Assembly (NCBI GenBank): GCA_951406725.2
Contig: OX597818.1
Location: 114,452,001-114,516,000, forward strand
Length of the DNA: 64,000 nucleotides
Source: Octopus vulgaris
Lineage: Eukaryota
Reading direction: 5' to 3'
The notes under the pieces are model-generated. The model was not told the origin of the DNA. It made no database searches and worked only from the letters and a program-made list of their open reading frames with translations. Numbering within the stretch: position 1 is the stretch's first letter; each line of letters starts with the position of its first letter. Both the position numbers and the translations under genes were made by a program. Of this stretch, positions 58,209 through 64,000 are shown in pieces.

Positions 58209-58699
58209 TTAAACTGCCTCTAAAGGACAATTTGAAAAATTAAATAACGGAAGCACTGATACACAATTCGGAAACCTGATTGCAAAATGTTCGTTTCATT
58301 CTGTTTTACTTAGATTTTTAATTACCTTTTTTACTCTTTTACTCTTTTACTTGTTTCAGTCATATGATTGCGGCCATGCTGGAGCACCGCTTTTAGTCGA
58401 ACAAATCTACGCCTGGGCTTATTCTTTGTAAGCCTAGTACTTATTCTATCGGTCTCTTTTGCCGAACGGCTAAGTTACGGAGACGTAAACACACCAGCAT
58501 CGGATGTCAAGTGATGTTGGGAGGACAAACACAGATACACAAACACATACATGTACATACACATACATGTATATGCATATATACGACGGGTTTCTTTCAG
58601 TTTCCGTCTATCAAATCCACTCACAAGGCTTTGGTCGGCTCGAGGCTATCGTAGAAGACACTTGCCCAAGGTGCCAATAACATTGAAGAAAATCTTTTG

Positions 58700-58738
<39 letters not shown>

Positions 58739-58743
<5 letters not shown>

Positions 58744-58881
58744 TTATAGAAGGAGCTTCTACAGGACTAGAACTGTTTCATTCAAATGAAATCATCAGGA
58801 AGCTTTGTGTCACAAAGCTTCCTGATGATTTCATTTGAATGAAACAGTTCTAGTCCTGTAGAAGCTCCTTCTATAAAATAA
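58739..58881. repeat. 143-bp perfect palindrome (1-nt centre) in (TA)n, with a ~67-bp right tail
   Basis: Arms are reverse-complementary about 58810. Confidence 0.95.
58816..58866 (+). ncRNA. Type I hammerhead ribozyme (mirror copy on minus strand at 58754-58804)
   Basis: agcttc-CTGATGA-t ttc attt gaa t-GAAAC ag ttctagtc ct GTA-gaagct. Confidence 0.8.
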
Positions 58882-58946
58882 ATTAATTTACTCTGCTATG
58901 TATTGAGTACCTTATTTACTCTGGTTAACCCCGACTCAACCCGGGA

Positions 58947-58998
<52 letters not shown>

Positions 58999-59095
58999 TG
59001 TATGTATATATATATTTTATACATACATTTATAAACACATACACACATATATATCTATATCTATCTATATTTACACACACACACACACACACATG

Positions 59096-59147
<52 letters not shown>

Positions 59148-59460
59148 TCCCGGGATATAAATCATATGTATAATATACATGGAAGTTATAGAGAGTAGAG
59201 AGCGATTGTACTAGACAAGAATCGATACCATCCTATGAAGTGAAAATATACAGTCCTTTGAAATAGATTCGCTAAAGTAAAAATAGAAACCTAGCCATGT
59301 TTCACGTAAAAATGAGATAAAATCTATCTTCTAACTCATGCCTTTCTTTGCCTGGCTTCCATCGTCCTGAGATTATTATTTATATTTTGTTAAATCTAAT
59401 TGAATTATTTTTCTTCCTCAACGATCAATCAATCAGATAGAATTTATCACGTGCTTAACT

Positions 59461-59527
<67 letters not shown>

Positions 59528-61318
59528 TATTAGTCTCAAGTACTGACTATCAGAAGAAAGAGCAATGGGTGTCATAGAAAATATTAAAAATATTCCTATT
59601 TTACCTCAGGACCCTATTTACCCATATATGAAACTGACTCAGAGTGGCAAGCGACTGGTACGACAAATATATTTCTGTATTGCCCACAAAGGGTTAAACA
59701 TAGAGGGGACAAGCAAAAACAAACAAAGGGATTAAGTCGATTACCTCGACCCCAGTGCGTAACTGGTACTTTATTTAACGACCCCGAAAGGTTGAAAGTC
59801 AAAGTCGACCTCGGCGGAATTTGTGCTCAGAAAGTAACGGCAGACGAAATACCGCTAAGCATTTCGCCCGGCGCGCTAACGTCTCTGCCAGCTCGCCGCC
59901 TGACAAATATGCATATATACATGCATGCATGCATACATACATTCATTCATACATACATACATACATACATACATACATACATACATACATACATACATAC
60001 ATACACACACACATATATAAAACATGCTCACATACTTATATACATAGAGTTACTCTATATAGATTACAAGTTCAGATTTATACCTGTAATTATTAGGGCA
60101 TTGGGATATGTAACAGACTACCTAAATACCAGTCTTGAGAAATTAGGCAGAAACGATAGCACGCCGGGCGAAATGCGTAACTGTTTTTCGTCTGCCGTTA
60201 CGTTCTGAGTTCAAATTCCGCCGAGGTCGACTTTGCCTTTCATCCTTTCAGGGTCGATAAATTAAGTACCAGTTACGCACTGGGGTCGATATAATCGACT
60301 TAATCCGTTTGTCTGTCCTTGTTTGTCCCCTCTATGTTTAGCCCCTTGTGGGCAGTAAAGAAATATATATTCCGGCACTGACTTTACAGCTCTATCAAGA
60401 ATCATATTGAATGCTGTAGCAAAGATCAAAGTATTGTGAATCGTCCAAAACATAGTAATGGCCCTCGCTGAAGAAAAGGGAAACGCGACGAGAAGCATTG
60501 ATGTCGTTCTGATGTCGACTGTTGTGTCGTAGGTGAATTGTAACAATTTCAGCTCAAGATTGAACCTGCGTTGAGATCATGTTTTCCGTTACAAGAAACT
60601 TATACGACCTTGACGTGTAGCGACAGGAAACGAAGTTGCTCTATATTTAGATAATTAGAATAAAATTACATATAATTGGAATGAAATTATTTATAATTGA
60701 AACTTAATATTTTAAGGTCTTTCCTTGTAAACACTGCTTCATATCCAAATGTTGATATTTTCATAAGCACAAAGCAGCAGGATTAATTCTCATGCATAAA
60801 TTAATACTTTTCTTCAGCTCCTATGTATAAGTGTAAAGCTCTGGATTAAAATAAACAAATTAAACCAACTAAAAATACTACTATTTAATGAGCCTGTCTG
60901 TACACGATCACAAAACTAGCTTCTAATAAATCCCCCTCGAATCACGCTTCATCATCTAAAAGAAAAATACAGAACGATACGTTAAGAATAATCTAGGTAT
61001 GGTTACTCTGTGTATAAAAATAAACATGGTACGATCTTAGGTCTGCTTTTGTAAGGACTAAATGGTGCTGTGTGGAGGCACATGGCTTAGTGGTTAAGGT
61101 ATCAGAATCATGATCGTAAGATTGTGGTTTCAATTCCTTGACCGGGTGACGCGTTGTGTTCTTGAGCAAAACACTTCATTTCACGTTTGCTCCAGTATAC
61201 TCAGCTGGCAAAAATGAGTAACGCTGCGATGGATTGGCGTCCCTAAGCCATGAGAGCTTAGTAGTAGAAGTAGTAGTAGTTGTAGTTGTAGTAGTAGTAG
61301 TAGTAGTAGTATATTTAC

Positions 61319-61385
61319 CTGTCGTGAATGCGACCAAGCTGATTATTAAGGCAACAATGTTGATTATCTTTGATGACGGATACAT
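61319..61385 (-). CDS. Coding exon 1 of a small predicted GPI-anchored glycopeptide gene (signal peptide MYPSSKIINIVALIISLVAFTT + 1 nt)
   Basis: Minus strand reads ttttcttttctag|GAACC (acceptor, exon starts 61433), then ATG at 61385, a hydrophobic signal sequence, and donor ACAG|gtaaat at 61319/61318. Ends in phase 1, matching the next exon. Confidence 0.85.
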
Positions 61386-62503
61386 ACTCCTTTCTTTTGG
61401 ATGTTTCTTAATAAATCTGATCAACGGAGGTTCCTAGAAAAGAAAAGAAATAAAATGAAGAATGCAACGACTTAGTTGTCTCTGGCACTTTTTCCCAAAA
61501 TTATAAGCAAAAATAATTCAATGAAGATAGTTCCGCAAAGAATGGTATCAAAGTTGGACAAGCATTCTTTGAAAAGAGGAATCGTCAAATTTAATCAACT
61601 CCAATATTTGACTTCTCTCCCGGTTATTTATTTCATCGATTCTGAGACAGCGAAAGTCAATACGGACGTCATCAGGATCTTTGACCCTTGTATTTTATAA
61701 TTGAGATATATCCGCTCGAAATTTCATTATCTGGGACTAGCTGGTCTATACACTAATCTATATTTTGTTGAGTAATATGATGTTTAAAACTAGTTTTTAC
61801 TGAGTTATCTGAAATTTATTGAAACAACATGACTTGCAAAAAACAACCATTCTATTTATTGGTAGATATTTAACATTACTGGTATAATAACGGATAAAGC
61901 GGCGAGCTGGCAGAACCGTTAGCACGCCGGGCGAAATACGTAGCCGTATTTCGTCTGCCGCTACGTTCTGAGTTCAAAATTCCGCCGAGGTCGACTTTGC
62001 CTTTCATCCTTTCGGGATCGATTAAATAAGTACCAGTTAAGCACTGGGGTCGATGTAATCCGTTTGTCTGTCCTTGTTTGTCTCTTTCTGTGGGTAGTAA
62101 AGAAATATGTATATTCATGGATTTTAATTTCGTAGTGAAAAGGTTGAATAAAAAAAAAAAATGAAAACTTCAAGAAATAGCCTTGGAAACAAATCAAAAG
62201 TAAAAGTAGAAACATAACCCAACCAAAAAATGAAAAATGTAAAATTATAAAAAATAATGCAGGTAGAATAAAAAAAAAACCCAAATAATAATACTTTCTA
62301 CTGTAGACGCTTCTTGTAGGGTATGCTGTGATGACAGTAATATAACAGGTGCAACTTGTAATATCTAGATATAAGTTTTCCTCTTTGGACATTATAACAA
62401 AATAACCTTTTCACCGTGGAATTTCATTATGCTTAACTACGGAAAACACTTTAATATTCAAGTCTATCTTCTTTTGAGGAATGTCATGTTTGAAGCAATT
62501 TTC

Positions 62504-62931
62504 GGATCTTTTCGGTTTGAACGGCAGTTTTTGCTAGCGGTGTCATATGAAATTGTCACCCATAATTATGACCCTAATATCGATCTATTGCATTTCAATC
62601 TGTTTTTGGGTTTAGGGTTAGTTAGGGTTAGGGGTGGAGGGAAGGGTATCTTTTTTTCTTCACAAATGTAAATAAACCCAATCTGTTTCTTAACGAGGGA
62701 CATATTCATAAGGCACAGAATGTTTTTAACTCAATGGACGTCATCGATTAGTTGAAATTGCAGAAATTGAAGAAAAAAAAACAGCAAATATCTTACGAAC
62801 TATAAAAATGTTCTCAATAAAGCCAAGAGAAAAAGAGGTTTTATAAACACATTCTACCAGTATACGAAGTTTAAAATTTTTTAGTTACCTAGAAATTATG
62901 TTAAAAACTGCCGTTCAAACCGAAAAGATCC
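62504..62931. mobile_element. Merlin-like MITE with ~29-bp perfect TIRs, 8-bp TSD and internal TTAGGG repeats
   Basis: TIR GGATCTTTTCGGTTTGAACGGCAGTTTTT; TSD caattttc at 62496-62503 and 62932-62939. Confidence 0.85.
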
Positions 62932-63153
62932 CAATTTTCTATTGAAATATGTCCAGTTTATGAAGCAACGTGATTTGTAGAAAATACCAATTCTATGTTT
63001 TACTGGATAATAAACATAATTACTGGAATAAACGTAAAATTTAATTTCTCCATTAAAGGGTCAAAGAAATATATGCAACAAGGACGTAACTGCTGTTGGA
63101 AAGTATTCACGTGCGAATATTCCCATGCGCCGCTCAGAGAAATAGGTCTGTAC

Positions 63154-63290
63154 CTTCAGGATCAAAGAGCTTATCCATCTTAAATTGAATTCATTTCTTT
63201 CAAGAATCTAGAAGTAACTATGGCTTTGTATTAGTTCAATGTGATTGGTAAGAAGCAATCGCGGCACGCGATTAGAAGCATATATACATA
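63154..63290 (-). promoter_or_regulatory. Possible promoter and non-coding first exon of the micro-gene
   Basis: The ATG exon has an acceptor, so an upstream exon is implied. Candidate donor CCTGAAG|gtacag at 63154/63153 and a TATATA near 63281-63287. Speculative. Confidence 0.25.
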
Positions 63291-63672
63291 CACAGACAAA
63301 AATATCTGTGTGATAAATAAGGTAGTTTTAGAAGCATTTGGCGTCTTGTTCTAGCATGTGGCATTATTCAATAGATGTCCTTATTATAATTTTATAATTA
63401 TATTTATAAAATTAAATACTTTGTAATAATTATTACCTAAATGGTTTTTTACAGCTAGCTACTTGATAAAATCCTATATAGATTCTATCAGTCACTATTG
63501 CCGAACCGCTAAGTTACGGGGACGTAAACACACAAGCATCAGTTGTCAAGTGATGGTGGTGGTGGTGCGGGGGGACAAGGATGCACAAACACACACACAC
63601 GCATACACACACACACATATATATCAGACAATGCTTCAAGGAAATTATACTAACCTACTCCTTTATACATAC

Positions 63673-63779
<107 letters not shown>

Positions 63780-63859
63780 ATATATATGAATGTATATATA
63801 TGTATTTATATATGTATATATATATGTATATACATATATGATTTTAGGCATACATGCAC

Positions 63860-63952
<93 letters not shown>

Positions 63953-64000
63953 CGCGCGCGCGCGCGTGTGTGTGTGTTTGTGTGTGTACATATAATTATA

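Noticed and set aside
60464-60492. ctcg-CTGAAGA-aaagg-GAAAC-gc-GA-cgag as a hammerhead
   Set aside because: It has no stem II and lacks the essential U of the cleavage triplet; this may be chance.
62612-62633. Interstitial telomere
   Set aside because: Only a few TTAGGG units, and they are internal to a MITE.

Overview
This is AT-rich, microsatellite-saturated eukaryotic DNA. Its SINE and LINE content points to a cephalopod, most likely Octopus. Nearly all ORFs in the track are microsatellite artefacts or transposon debris. Two things stand out. (1) A spliced minus-strand micro-gene that the ORF track does not assemble (coding exons 61385-61319, 50692-50592, 46431-46339). It encodes an 86-aa precursor: signal peptide, ~31-aa Thr/Ala-rich glycopeptide and GPI-anchor signal, a CD24/CD52-like architecture. 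(2) About 20 minimal type-I hammerhead ribozyme (HHR) motifs of the kind found in Penelope-like elements (PLEs), mostly next to (TA)n tracts. Several sit in near-perfect 140-500 bp fold-back palindromes; three of these carry a full HHR on each strand facing outward, and there are collapsed derivatives. One multi-copy family has a non-canonical core (CUGUNGA). The window also holds a PLE GIY-YIG C-terminus, R4/Dong-like elements in (TAA)n and (CATA)n, RTE, CR1-like and Tx1-like LINE remnants, a Gypsy remnant with its LTR, mariner/Tc1 remnants, a Merlin-like MITE, a Helitron-like element and many tRNA-derived SINEs. Everything was read by eye. Exon and HHR coordinates were counted directly; repeat boundaries are approximate.
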